Assembly (NCBI RefSeq): GCF_965261555.1
Contig: NZ_OZ253465.1
Location: 878,667-942,666 of the forward strand
DNA: 64,000 nucleotides
DNA from: Candidatus Palauibacter sp.
GTDB taxonomy: Bacteria > Gemmatimonadota > Gemmatimonadetes > Palauibacterales > Palauibacteraceae
Direction: 5' to 3'
In this document: positions 11,241 through 20,644 of the stretch, in pieces
Position numbering within the stretch: the first letter of the stretch is position 1
Layout: each line of letters begins with the position of its first letter
Translations under genes and position numbers: made by a program
The notes under the pieces: model-generated
Seen by the model: the letters and a program-made list of their open reading frames with translations, nothing else
Databases searched by the model: none
Told to the model about the DNA's origin: nothing

Positions 11241-12092
11241 ATGCCGGCACGTCCACACGGTCGGGCGCTGGACGCCCTGCGACCCACGACCCTCGAGACG
11301 GGAACGGCCCCCTTCGCCGAGGGATCGTGCACGATCACGATGGGGATGACGCGCGTGCTTTGCACGGCCTCCATCGAGGAGAGCGTCCCGCCGTGGCGCG
11401 AGGGCCGCGGCGGCTGGGTCACGGGCGAGTACGCCATGCTGCCCCGTGCCACGGCGGAGCGCACGCGGCGAGAGCGGCGCGGCGCGCGGGGCCGCACCCA
11501 GGAAATCCAGCGCCTCATCGGCCGCTCGCTCCGCGCGGCGGTCGACCTGCAGGCGCTCGGCGAGCGGACGGTGACGGTGGACTGCGACGTCCTCGTCGCC
11601 GACGGCGGCACCCGGACCGCCTCGATCACGGGAGCGTGCGTGGCGCTCGAGATGGCCTTCCAGCGCCTGGTGTCGGACGGTGTTCTCGATGCGAGTCCGC
11701 TCCGCCAGTGGGTCGCCGCGATCAGCGCCGGCATGGTGGACGGCGAGGCGCGGCTCGACCTGGAGTACGTGGAGGACGCCGCAGCCGACGTCGACTTCAA
11801 CTTCGTCTACCTGGAAGACGGGCGCTTGGTCGAAGTGCAGGGGACGGCCGAGGGCGCGCCCTTCACGCGCGAAGAACTGGACGAGCTACTCGCGTTGGGG
11901 GCAGCAGGCGCCGACGAACTGGTCCGCCTGCAGAGGTCACAGTTGGTATTCGAGGATTTCGATGCCCGCGGGGTGGGGCTGCGAATGTCGGACAACCTGA
12001 CTCGCGAGGAACTGTACGACCGTGCCCGAGCTAGGAAGGAGGCCGAGAAGGAACGGTCTACTTCGGACCCCGGCGCTGGCTCGCGCGGCTGA
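11241..12092 (+). CDS. rph: Ribonuclease PH
   Basis: ...[64 protein letters not shown]...[26 protein letters not shown]... is near-canonical RNase PH. It carries a ~40-aa C-terminal extension relative to E. coli Rph. Confidence 0.85.
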   Translation: MPARPHGRALDALRPTTLETGTAPFAEGSCTITMGMTRVLCTASIEESVPPWREGRGGWVTGEYAMLPRATAERTRRERRGARGRTQEIQRLIGRSLRAAVDLQALGERTVTVDCDVLVADGGTRTASITGACVALEMAFQRLVSDGVLDASPLRQWVAAISAGMVDGEARLDLEYVEDAAADVDFNFVYLEDGRLVEVQGTAEGAPFTREELDELLALGAAGADELVRLQRSQLVFEDFDARGVGLRMSDNLTREELYDRARARKEAEKERSTSDPGAGSRG

Positions 12093-12747
12093 GGCGATCC
12101 AAGAGCGGGTATTCGCGGTCGAGGTAGGTGTTGCCCTCGATGACGATGCGGCTCTGGTCGCCTCGCCGGAGGCCGCCGCCCGAGTCCTCTCCGTAGCCCG
12201 AGTACAGCGCATCCACGACCTCCATCCCGCTCACGACCTCGCCGAAGGGGGCGAATCCCGTCGAGTCGAGCCGCGAGTTGTCCACGAGGTTGATGTACAC
12301 CTGGGTGGCCCGGGTTCCGGGGTCGGTGAAGGCGAAGGCGATGCGGCCGCGGGTGTTGGAGGCGACGACGGGGTCGTCGGGGATGTAGGCGTTCATCCAC
12401 TCGGCGGTGAGGGCGGGGTCGCCGGCGAGCCCCCACTGAACGATGAAATCCGGGACGACGCGGTGGAAGCGGGCGTCGTCGTAGTAGCCGGATTCGACGA
12501 GGGCGAGGAACCGCTCGGCCCCCAGCGGCGCCCACTCGGGATGCACCGCGATCACGAATTCGCCCTGGCTCGTCTCCACAGCCACTTCAACCGGGCCGGC
12601 CTCGACCGCGGCGCGGAGAGCGATGGCATCTCCCCCGACATCGGAGGACGGGACGGGTTCGACGCGCTCGCAGCCCACGAGGATCGGAGTCGCCGCGAAG
12701 ATCAGAGTCGCGGTGAGGAAACGCGCGGCCCGCCCCGCGACCGTCAC
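12058..12747 (-). CDS. Cyclophilin-type peptidyl-prolyl cis-trans isomerase (lipoprotein)
   Basis: GTG start at 12747 overlapping the upstream stop (GTGA). Lipobox PILVGCE. Cyclophilin core ...[13 protein letters not shown]...[24 protein letters not shown]... Confidence 0.8.
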   Translation of the reverse strand: MTVAGRAARFLTATLIFAATPILVGCERVEPVPSSDVGGDAIALRAAVEAGPVEVAVETSQGEFVIAVHPEWAPLGAERFLALVESGYYDDARFHRVVPDFIVQWGLAGDPALTAEWMNAYIPDDPVVASNTRGRIAFAFTDPGTRATQVYINLVDNSRLDSTGFAPFGEVVSGMEVVDALYSGYGEDSGGGLRRGDQSRIVIEGNTYLDREYPLLDRLSRASQRRGPK

Positions 12748-14672
12748 TTCAGGAACTGCTCGAAGAAGTCGAGCATGTCGAGGAGCATCTGCCGGCGGTT
12801 CGCCTTCCCGTACACGTAGTAGTTCTCGTTCGGGTACGTCTTGTACTGGAAGGGCTTGTAATGGTTTTCCAGCGCCCTCGCGAAGATCTCGGACTGGTCG
12901 GAGCCCGGATAGCGGCCCACGCCGTGCACGAGGAGGATCGGCGTCGAGACGTCGGCGACGTGCGAGATCGACGAACTGTGGCTCCACACCTCCTCGCTCG
13001 TCTCGAACGGGCCCAGTTCGTGGTCGAGCAGCTTGATGTGCCGGAGTTCGTTCTCGCCGTGTTGGAAGTGGACCCAGTCCGTGTATCCGGACCCCGGGAT
13101 CGCGGCGCGGAAGGCGTCCGGCGCGAAGGCCACCGCGTACATGCTCATCACGCCGCCGTAGCTCGTCCCCGTGATCCCGATCCGCTCCGGGTCGACCTCC
13201 GGGAGCGCCCGCAGGTAGTCCGCACCCGCAACGACATCCTCCAGGTCGCAGTGCCCCCAGCAGCCGTTGTTCGCGTCGGCGAACGCCTTCCCGTAGCCCG
13301 AACTCCCTCGGATGTTGGGCAGGAGCACGACGTATCCCCGCTGGACGAAGAACTGCACGTGCTGCTGGAAGGTGTCGTGGAACTGCGACGTGGGACCCCC
13401 GTGGATCCACATCACGCCGGGGAGGCCGTCGCCGGCCGCCGCCCCCGGGGGCCGGTAGAGCCAGGCCGGGATCGAGTATCCATCCGTGCTCTCGTAGCGG
13501 ATCTTCTCCGGCGCGACAAGCCGGGCGCCGAAGTTGCCGGCGGGCATGGAGGAGGTGAGCTGCCGGCTGTTCCCTTCCTCGAGCGAGACGACGTGGAGGT
13601 CGCGCGGGCTCAGGAGGTCCTCCTGGAGGTACGCGATCGCCTGGCCGTCCGGAGACCACGAGGGGCTCGACGCGACGCCGCCCTTCGGCGACACGAGCAC
13701 CCGCGGCTCGCCCCCGTCCGCCGCCACGACACGCAGGTCGTGGTGCCCGTTATGGTTCTCGGTGTAGGCGATCCAGCGTCCGTCCGGGGACCATGTCGCG
13801 GCGCTCTGGTCGGCCTCGGCCGGGGCAATCGGGCGGGCGTCGCCTCCCTCGCGCGGAGCGAGCCAGTAGTTGATCCAGCCGCTCCGGTGCGAACGGAAGA
13901 GGATCTGGCGGCCGTCCGGGGATACGCTCGGATACCCGAACGTGGCGCCCGCCCCGTAGTCGAAGAAGTCGCGGTCCTCGATCACCGTGCGCGGGCTGCC
14001 GCCGGCGGCGTCGACCTCGATCACGTCGTGGTCCTCCCACGCGTCGTCGAGACGCACGTAGAGGACGTGCCGCGAATCGGGCGTCCAGGTGGGGAAGACC
14101 TCGTAGCGCTTGTCCTCGGTGAGACGGTCCACCCGGCGGGTGGCGACATCGACCTTCCAGATGTCGTAGTTCCCGTAGCGGTCCCCGGCGAAGACGATGG
14201 AGCGCTCGTCCGGGGACCAGCTCATGGAATTTATGCGCGCGCCGAGGTCGGTGAGCTGGACGTCGGCCCCGTCCCGCGTCGACCAGAGCCAGATCTCGGG
14301 CGCGCCGCTCTTGTCCGACACGTAGGAGATCCACGTCCCGGAGGGCGACCAGCCGGGCATCCGTGACGTGAGGAAGTGGCCGGAGCCGCCCATGTCCACG
14401 GGCACGCGGGTGGGGAAGCCGCCCTCGGGCGGCAGGGTCATGAGACCGCCCGTGAGCCCCGACTCGAACAGGATCGCCGAGCCGTCCGGCGACCAGGCGG
14501 GTGCGCCTCCGACGACGGACTCGATGGAGAGGAGCTGGTCGACCGAGAGGACGCCGTCCGCGCCGCCGTTCCTGGCGCCGTCCTGCGCGTGAACCTCGCT
14601 CGCGCCGCCAGCCGCGGCGCCCAGAGCGAGGAGGATACCGGTGATCGCCGTCAACTGCGGATCGCGAGCCAT
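12744..14672 (-). CDS. S9 family serine peptidase (prolyl oligopeptidase or acylaminoacyl-peptidase type) with N-terminal beta-propeller
   Basis: Signal peptide. Repeated WSPDG propeller motifs. C-terminal alpha/beta-hydrolase with GITGTSYGG nucleophile elbow and the Asp/His region. Confidence 0.8.
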   Translation of the reverse strand: MARDPQLTAITGILLALGAAAGGASEVHAQDGARNGGADGVLSVDQLLSIESVVGGAPAWSPDGSAILFESGLTGGLMTLPPEGGFPTRVPVDMGGSGHFLTSRMPGWSPSGTWISYVSDKSGAPEIWLWSTRDGADVQLTDLGARINSMSWSPDERSIVFAGDRYGNYDIWKVDVATRRVDRLTEDKRYEVFPTWTPDSRHVLYVRLDDAWEDHDVIEVDAAGGSPRTVIEDRDFFDYGAGATFGYPSVSPDGRQILFRSHRSGWINYWLAPREGGDARPIAPAEADQSAATWSPDGRWIAYTENHNGHHDLRVVAADGGEPRVLVSPKGGVASSPSWSPDGQAIAYLQEDLLSPRDLHVVSLEEGNSRQLTSSMPAGNFGARLVAPEKIRYESTDGYSIPAWLYRPPGAAAGDGLPGVMWIHGGPTSQFHDTFQQHVQFFVQRGYVVLLPNIRGSSGYGKAFADANNGCWGHCDLEDVVAGADYLRALPEVDPERIGITGTSYGGVMSMYAVAFAPDAFRAAIPGSGYTDWVHFQHGENELRHIKLLDHELGPFETSEEVWSHSSSISHVADVSTPILLVHGVGRYPGSDQSEIFARALENHYKPFQYKTYPNENYYVYGKANRRQMLLDMLDFFEQFLK

Positions 14673-14691
14673 GTGTCTTCCTTTCAGCGCG

Positions 14692-16569
14692 TCAGTGTGC
14701 GGTCTCCTGCGGGGTCGGCCGCTTCGAGGCCGGCTCCGGCACGGTCGGTTCCTCGGACGTCGTGCGGCGCAGCGGGTCGCCTTCGAAGCGCCACGCCGAC
14801 TCGAAGTCCCTCGCCGGCGCCTCGCCGCGCAGGCGCGCGCGCACCATCTCGACCGGCATCCGGCCGCCCCTGAGGATCGCGTCGTGGAAGGCGCGGTTCG
14901 TCATCCCCCCCGACTGCACGAGCTGTTCGTGGAGGGCCCGGAACTGGAGCCCGCCGATCATGTAGGCGACCTGGTACAGCGGGGAGTAGGAGCCGTTGAA
15001 GCTCCGCCGCACCTCCGCCTCCGCGTTCGCCCGCTCGTGCCCCACGCGCTCGACGAGGAAGTCGATCGCCTCCTGCGGGGTCATCCGCGCGAGGTGGAAG
15101 GAGAGGGAGAAGATGATCCGGGCCGTGCGGTGCATGCGCCAGAAAAGCATCCCGATGCGGTCCTCGGGGGTCGACGGGAAGCCGAGGTCCCAGAGCAGCA
15201 TCTCCCAGTAGAGCGCCCACCCCTCGCCCCAGAACGGGGTGGAGAAGGCGCGGCGGTGGGAGTTGAAGCGGCTCGTCATGAACCCCTGCAGGTGGTGCCC
15301 CGGAATGAGTTCGTGGTGAACGGTCGCGCGGGAGAAGTGTTCGTTGTTCCCCCGCATGCTCATGAGCTTGTACTCGTGCTCCATCCCGTCCGTGGGGAAG
15401 GAGACCTGGATCACCTCCCCGCCGAGGAAGAAGGGCGACACCTTCTGGCGCTCGGGGGACATCATCTCGATGCGCCAGATCTCGTCGGCGAGAGGTGGAA
15501 CGGTGACGAGGTCGCGCTCGGTGACGAAGGCGAGCGCCTCGTCGGCGAGTTCCCGGATCATCTGCGGCTGGTCGCCGGGGTCGCGGTGCAGCGTCTTCAC
15601 GTACTCGAGGGCCGCCCGCCAGTCGTCGCCGTAGCCGAGCTCTCGGGAGGCCTCGATCATCCGCTCCTCGCACCACGCGTACTCGCGCTCGGCGATCGCG
15701 ATGAGTTCTTCCGGCGTGTAGGGGATCATCTCGCGGCGCAGGTCCGCGGCGAGACCTTCCGCGCCGATCGGGTCGCCGACGATGGGTTCGTCCTCGCCCT
15801 CGCGGTAGCCGATGACCGACTCGCGTAGGAAGGTCGCGTAGCCATCGAGCGCGGCCCTGGCGCGGGCGTACGGGTCCTCGTTCCACCAGGTGAAGACGGG
15901 GTCGTAGCCGGCGTAGTGCTCGTACCAGTCCTCGAGGAGACGCGTGCGCTCGGCGAGCGCCGTCACCGCCCGGAGCGCGACGATCCGCGAGACATCTCCT
16001 CCGTCCTCGAGCCGGGCTTCGACTTCGCCTCGGACGGCCTCGACCTCGGCCGGGAGCTTCGCGAGACGGGCTGCGGCGGACTCCGACTCGACGGGCTGCC
16101 GGCTGCGTCGACGTTCCTCCAGCTCCACGATGAGCGAGGTGAAGGAGATGAATCCGTCCATCTCGGCGGCGAGCCCCGCCTCGCGCGTCAGCAGGTCCAG
16201 CTGGTAGCGCAGTTCGTTGAGGAGCAGGACGTAATCCACGCGTCCCTCGAGACTCAGTGCCTCAAAATCAAGCGCGTCGATCTCCTGTTGCCAGCCGGAG
16301 AAAAACTCGTTGAATCGGCGGGTGCGTTCGGGAGAGTACGAGACGGTCCACCGGCGGCCGAGGGCGACCCGGTCAGCGGAGTAGCGCTCCACGACCGGTG
16401 CGAGTTCGCTCGATTCCGTCCCGACGAGCCCCGCGACGTCCTGGGCGGACGCGGGAGCGGCGGCTGTGGCCGACGCGGCGACAAGGGCCGTGACGGCCGG
16501 GACCAGCCCCGCAGGGAACACGCGGGAAGCGCGGCGAGCGCGGCGGGCAGGGGTTCGATGCGTGGTCAT
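14692..16569 (-). CDS. DUF885 family protein (putative metallopeptidase-like)
   Basis: 625 aa with HELIPGHHLQ motif characteristic of DUF885. N-terminal signal. Start overlaps the stop of the downstream gene by 4 nt. Confidence 0.7.
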   Translation of the reverse strand: MTTHRTPARRARRASRVFPAGLVPAVTALVAASATAAAPASAQDVAGLVGTESSELAPVVERYSADRVALGRRWTVSYSPERTRRFNEFFSGWQQEIDALDFEALSLEGRVDYVLLLNELRYQLDLLTREAGLAAEMDGFISFTSLIVELEERRRSRQPVESESAAARLAKLPAEVEAVRGEVEARLEDGGDVSRIVALRAVTALAERTRLLEDWYEHYAGYDPVFTWWNEDPYARARAALDGYATFLRESVIGYREGEDEPIVGDPIGAEGLAADLRREMIPYTPEELIAIAEREYAWCEERMIEASRELGYGDDWRAALEYVKTLHRDPGDQPQMIRELADEALAFVTERDLVTVPPLADEIWRIEMMSPERQKVSPFFLGGEVIQVSFPTDGMEHEYKLMSMRGNNEHFSRATVHHELIPGHHLQGFMTSRFNSHRRAFSTPFWGEGWALYWEMLLWDLGFPSTPEDRIGMLFWRMHRTARIIFSLSFHLARMTPQEAIDFLVERVGHERANAEAEVRRSFNGSYSPLYQVAYMIGGLQFRALHEQLVQSGGMTNRAFHDAILRGGRMPVEMVRARLRGEAPARDFESAWRFEGDPLRRTTSEEPTVPEPASKRPTPQETAH

Positions 16570-18044
16570 GGGTCCACTCTCCGCAGGACGAAGTGTCCCG
16601 AAACGACGTCCATTCGAAGTTCATTGAAGGGGGCGGTAGCGCCGGCGTCTCCGGAATCGTCTCGGATGAAACGATAGAGGGTCCGCCCATCGGCGAATTC
16701 GTCGCCGCCCCGCCACGAGAGGGTGGCCGGCTCGCCGCCTCCCGTGTCGATCGTCAGTTGTCCGTCCTCGGCCGCCACCGTCGCGGTGATGCGCTGGCCG
16801 CGGGCAGGGCCTTCGTAGCGGCCCGCGTAGGGTGAGGGATCGCCCTCGAAGGGCGCCGTGGCGGGTTCCGCCGGCGCACCGAGCACCACGTCTTCGATCT
16901 GTCCCGCGATCCCGCCGGACGAGGCGCCTCCGGCCGTGTTGATGAGCACCGCGATGGACAGATCCTCGGATGGGACGTAGCGGAGGTCGGTGACGTAGCC
17001 GAAGATCCCGCCGCCGTGCCCGATCCGCGGGGTCCCGTCCCGATCCGTGATCGCGAGGCCCTTCGCGTAGCGCAGGTCCGTGCCGTCGAGCAGGGGCTCG
17101 GGCGTGATCATCAGGCGATAGCTCTCGGGAGTCAGGATCCCGCCGCCTTCCCCGTCTCCGTGGAGGGCCTGATTCCAGGCGACGAGGTCGCGCACTGTGG
17201 AGCAGAGCGACCCCGCGGCGTAGGGCCACTGGTGGTCGAGGTAGGGCGCCGGGTGCAACCCGTCGTCGCCCGGCTCGTAGCCCTTCGCGCGGTTCGGAGT
17301 GAGTTCGTCCTTGTGGCAGTAGCGGGAGTCCTCCATCCCGGCCGCGCCGAAGAGGCGCTCCTCTACGAAGTCCTCGTAGCTCATCCCGCTCGCCGCCTCG
17401 ATGACGAGTCCGGCCAGGAAGTAGCCCGAGTTGTTGTAGGTCATCGCCGTGCCGGGTTCGAAATCGAAGGGCTCGGCGGCGAAGAGCGTGACGAGCGTGT
17501 CGCGCGGGAGTTCGAGGGGAGCGAGTTCCGCCCACAGGTGCTCCATCTCGGTGTAGCCCTTGATGCCCGAGGTGTGGTCCAGGAGCTGCCGGACGGTGAC
17601 GGTCCGGTCCCCGACGGGGTAGTCGGGCAGCCACCTCGTGAGCGGGTCGTCGAGGGAGAGCTTCCCTTCCTCCTGCAGGAGGAGAACGGCGGCCGCGGTG
17701 AACTGCTTGGTCACGGATCCGACCTCGTAGACGGCGTCCGGGGGCGTGAGCACGCCGAGTTCGAGGTCGGCGTGACCGAACTCCTCGATCAGGAGCGTGT
17801 CCGTCCCGCGCACGACGGCGATGGACATGCCGGCGGCGCGGCCCGCCTCGATCGGGGACGCGGCGATGGCGTGAGTCGCGTCGATCTGGTCCGCCGTAAG
17901 CGAGGCGGGGGACGAATCGGAGCTGGCGGGATCCGATGCCGGGTCCGGCCCGGCGCAGCCGGCGACGCCAAGGGCGAGGGCCGCTGCGGCGAGCGCGCTC
18001 CCGGGCCACCCCGGGCGCGAGTGCCGGAATCTCTCTGATCTCAC
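16566..18044 (-). CDS. Beta-lactamase-related serine hydrolase (class C beta-lactamase/PBP-like)
   Basis: S-x-x-K active site SVTKQF. YxN-like region. Lipobox LGVAGCAG. GTG start at 18044 chosen. The alternative ATG at 18060 opens an Arg-rich, non-coding-looking frame. Confidence 0.65.
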   Translation of the reverse strand: MRSERFRHSRPGWPGSALAAAALALGVAGCAGPDPASDPASSDSSPASLTADQIDATHAIAASPIEAGRAAGMSIAVVRGTDTLLIEEFGHADLELGVLTPPDAVYEVGSVTKQFTAAAVLLLQEEGKLSLDDPLTRWLPDYPVGDRTVTVRQLLDHTSGIKGYTEMEHLWAELAPLELPRDTLVTLFAAEPFDFEPGTAMTYNNSGYFLAGLVIEAASGMSYEDFVEERLFGAAGMEDSRYCHKDELTPNRAKGYEPGDDGLHPAPYLDHQWPYAAGSLCSTVRDLVAWNQALHGDGEGGGILTPESYRLMITPEPLLDGTDLRYAKGLAITDRDGTPRIGHGGGIFGYVTDLRYVPSEDLSIAVLINTAGGASSGGIAGQIEDVVLGAPAEPATAPFEGDPSPYAGRYEGPARGQRITATVAAEDGQLTIDTGGGEPATLSWRGGDEFADGRTLYRFIRDDSGDAGATAPFNELRMDVVSGHFVLRRVDP

Positions 18045-18050
18045 GTCGAG

Positions 18051-18114
18051 TCTCCTGCATCTCGGTTGAACCAGACCTATCTTCGGGCGGTGGATCGGAT
18101 GTGTCGATAGCCCG
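18051..18114. repeat. Conserved non-coding block, copy A (near-identical to 19311..19374)
   Basis: tctcctgcatct + 8 variable nt + ccagacctatcttcgggcggtGgatcggatgtgtcgatagcccg. 43/44 identity with copy B in the 44-nt core. Contains inverted repeat CTATC(25 nt)GATAG. Confidence 0.7.
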
Positions 18115-18190
18115 GCGTTTGTCGTTCGGGCGGCGGCGAAGAGAGGATTTCGATGGAGTCGACGGCGACACCGGCCTCGGTCCTGTTCTG

Positions 18191-19264
18191 ATGCGCTCCC
18201 GCCCGCATGTGGCGTGGGCCGTGTTGACGGTCGTGGCCTGCTCCACAGCGGAGCCGTCCCGGCCGGAGGCTTCCGGCGGGGGCGGGCCCGTCGTCCAGCT
18301 TGCGATCGCCTCCGGCGCGTATCGCATCCAGCCACCGCGAGCCAGACTCAGTCAACTGGACGACCGTGTGAGCCTCGGATCGATCGTTGACATCCTGGTA
18401 TTGGATGACCGGATCTTCGTTGCCGATGGTCTGGATCCTCGCGTCGTTGCCTTCGACTGGAGCCTGAACCCCATCCAGGTCCACGGTCGCGAGGGAGATG
18501 GTCCCGGGGAGTTCAGATTCCCGCGACGTTTGGCGGCCGCGGGGGAGGATCGGCTCGCCGTCCTCGATCCCGGCACCGGACGGGTTTCGTATCTCGATTC
18601 TTCCGGCGATTTCGAGGACGGGGTTTCGATCTCAGCCGACGCAAGCGACTTCGCGCACCACGGATCAGTCGGCCTGCTTGTGCCCGGAGACGTGTTTCCC
18701 AACCACTACCTGGTCCGCATGAACGGTACGGAGTCTGTGCCGTTCGGGGTTATCCCGGAGAACTTTCGGGAACCCGGAGGAGTGTCCCGCGATCTGGAGC
18801 GGGTTCTGCCGAGGAGCCGGAACCTCGTCACCGTGGCCACGGATGGCCGGATCTATGTGCTGGATCAACGACAGCTGGCCCTCGTCGTCTATGAGCCGAG
18901 CGGCGAAGTCGTGGAAACCCTGCTTCTTCCCCGCGCACTGAGGGAGCGCAAGATCCAGGGGGCGGATCAAGCCATCGATGCGTTCGGGGGGAGTCTGCTC
19001 AGCATCGAGTTCGTCGGCGAGCTTCGACCTCTTGATGATGGGCGCCTGTTCGTGGGTATGACCTCCGGTGACACGGTGGGTTATGTCCTCGATCCCGAGG
19101 CCCGGCAGGCGACTCCGCTCCTCACGCCGGGCGGGTCCGAGTGGACTTGGATGCAGCGGAGTTCGATCGGAACGGCCAACATGAACAAGCTCGTGATCGG
19201 CGACAGCTGGGAGGCCGAGCTCCACGCCGCGGAGACCAAGTTCGTGGAGGCCGGTCCGTTTTAG
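18191..19264 (+). CDS. NHL-repeat beta-propeller lipoprotein (paralog of 7001..8197)
   Basis: Start MRSRPHVAWAVLTVVACS (lipobox). NHL unit GREGDGPGEFRFPRRLAAAGEDRLAVLDPGTGRVSYLD. Preceded by a 12-codon upstream ORF (18153..18191) overlapping by TGATG. Confidence 0.55.
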   Translation: MRSRPHVAWAVLTVVACSTAEPSRPEASGGGGPVVQLAIASGAYRIQPPRARLSQLDDRVSLGSIVDILVLDDRIFVADGLDPRVVAFDWSLNPIQVHGREGDGPGEFRFPRRLAAAGEDRLAVLDPGTGRVSYLDSSGDFEDGVSISADASDFAHHGSVGLLVPGDVFPNHYLVRMNGTESVPFGVIPENFREPGGVSRDLERVLPRSRNLVTVATDGRIYVLDQRQLALVVYEPSGEVVETLLLPRALRERKIQGADQAIDAFGGSLLSIEFVGELRPLDDGRLFVGMTSGDTVGYVLDPEARQATPLLTPGGSEWTWMQRSSIGTANMNKLVIGDSWEAELHAAETKFVEAGPF

Positions 19265-19310
19265 AACTCCCCGGAGCCGAAGTCAGGCTCTCTCTCCTCC
19301 CCCCGCAGCT

Positions 19311-19374
19311 TCTCCTGCATCTGATCGCGACCAGACCTATCTTCGGGCGGTAGATCGGATGTGTCGATAGCCCG
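19311..19374. repeat. Conserved non-coding block, copy B
   Basis: Same 64-nt architecture as copy A. Exactly 1260 bp downstream of copy A. Lies in the 5' region of the membrane-protein gene. Confidence 0.7.
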
Positions 19375-19423
19375 CAGCCCATTGAGCAGCCGGCTGCGGG
19401 AGCATGGAATTCAGGAGAGCGCG

Positions 19424-20644
19424 ATGGAATCGACGGTGGCACCAACGTCTGTCTTCAGGGGACGCGAGGGCGCGGCGGAGTCCGCGGACAGCATTCCGTG
19501 GCCTCTGACCGCGATCCTGTTCGCCTCGGGGGCCGTGATCGTGGGCATCACGTGGGACATCTCGTGGCACCGGACGATCGGGCGGGACACCCTCTTCACG
19601 CCCGCGCACCTGCTCGTCTACGCGGGCGGGCTGGCGGCGGGGTTGTCGTGCGGGTGGCTCGCGCTGAAGACGACGTTCTCGGGGACGGATGCGGAGGTCG
19701 GACGCTCCGTACGCATGTGGGGGTTCCGGGCGCCGCTCGGGGCCTGGGTGGCGATCTGGGGCGCGATCGCCATGCTCACGTCCGCGCCGCTCGACGACTG
19801 GTGGCACAACGCGTACGGGCTCGACGTCGAGATCCTGAGCCCACCCCACGTGGTCCTGGCGCTTGGAATCTATGCGATCCAGGTGGGCGCTCTGCTGATG
19901 GCGCTGTCGTGGCATAACCGCGCCTCGGAGACGGGCCGGCGCAAGCTCGCGTGGGCCTATGTGTTCAGCGCCGCGATGCTGATCCTGTCGCTCTCCGTGC
20001 TGCTCATGGAGTACACGTTTCCGAACCAGATGCACGGGGCGACGTTCCACCTCATCATGGCGGCGCTCTTCCCCGTCCTCCTCTTCGCCATCGGGAGGGC
20101 CGGGCAGATGCGCTGGCCGGCGACGTGCGCGGCGTTCATCTATACCGGCGTCTCGCTGGCGATGATGTGGGTGCTGCCGCTTTTCCCGGCGGAGCCGATG
20201 CTCGCGCCGATCCTGCGTCCGGTCACCCAAATGGTGCCGCCCGAGTTCCCGCTCCTCCTGTTCGCGCCCGCAATCGTGATCGACCTCCTGCTGCGGCGAC
20301 ATTCGGCGCCGGGCGAGGCGCCCGGGCGGGCCTCGACGGACTGGCGGATCGCGGCCGTGGGGGGCGTCGCCTTCGTGGCCATCTTCGGCGCGATCCAGTG
20401 GGTCTTCGCCGACTTCATGCTCTCCGAGGGGGCGCGGAACTACTTCTTCCAGGGCGACACGTGGGGCTACACGGCGGCGCCCGGCGCCTGGCAGAATGTG
20501 TTCTGGCACGGCGGCCCGTACCTCGGGGGCGACTTCTCGGCGTCGCGGTTCGTCGCCGCGGCGTGGTGGGCGCTGCCGATCGCGTTCGTCTCGGCGCGCG
20601 CGGGCCTGTGGCTGGGGAACTGGTGGCTGCGCGTCCGCCGGTGA
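19424..20644 (+). CDS. Polytopic integral membrane protein of unknown function
   Basis: About 10 hydrophobic segments. ATG at 19424 (MESTVAPTSVF...) preferred over the GTG at 19361 because the ATG module is conserved with copy A. Stop overlaps the next gene (GTGA). Confidence 0.55.
   Translation: MESTVAPTSVFRGREGAAESADSIPWPLTAILFASGAVIVGITWDISWHRTIGRDTLFTPAHLLVYAGGLAAGLSCGWLALKTTFSGTDAEVGRSVRMWGFRAPLGAWVAIWGAIAMLTSAPLDDWWHNAYGLDVEILSPPHVVLALGIYAIQVGALLMALSWHNRASETGRRKLAWAYVFSAAMLILSLSVLLMEYTFPNQMHGATFHLIMAALFPVLLFAIGRAGQMRWPATCAAFIYTGVSLAMMWVLPLFPAEPMLAPILRPVTQMVPPEFPLLLFAPAIVIDLLLRRHSAPGEAPGRASTDWRIAAVGGVAFVAIFGAIQWVFADFMLSEGARNYFFQGDTWGYTAAPGAWQNVFWHGGPYLGGDFSASRFVAAAWWALPIAFVSARAGLWLGNWWLRVRR

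Noticed and set aside
9338-12034. 898-aa plus-strand ORF and other long Arg-rich ORFs (e.g. 8255..9022 -, 14641..15828 +, 14684..15886 -, 19337..20509 -, 20467..21924 -, 36131..37645 -, 38134..39711 -, 53395..55353 +, 56323..57297 +, 58818..59831 -)
   Set aside because: All lie antisense or out of frame to genes with clear family signatures and translate to Arg/Pro/Gly-rich low-complexity sequence.
11241-12092. Possible fusion or misannotation at the rph C-terminus (about 40 extra residues)
   Set aside because: The extension is in frame and has normal GC3. It is treated as a lineage-specific tail rather than a separate feature.
16621-18327. Alternative frame (ATG at 18060) for the beta-lactamase-like gene
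   Set aside because: The translation is Arg-rich and lacks the SxxK motif. The GTG-initiated frame carries the lipobox and the catalytic motif.
19361-19423. Upstream GTG start extending the membrane protein into the conserved 64-nt block
   Set aside because: The extension would begin inside the non-coding repeat core. The conserved ATG module at 19424 (shared with copy A) is the more parsimonious start.
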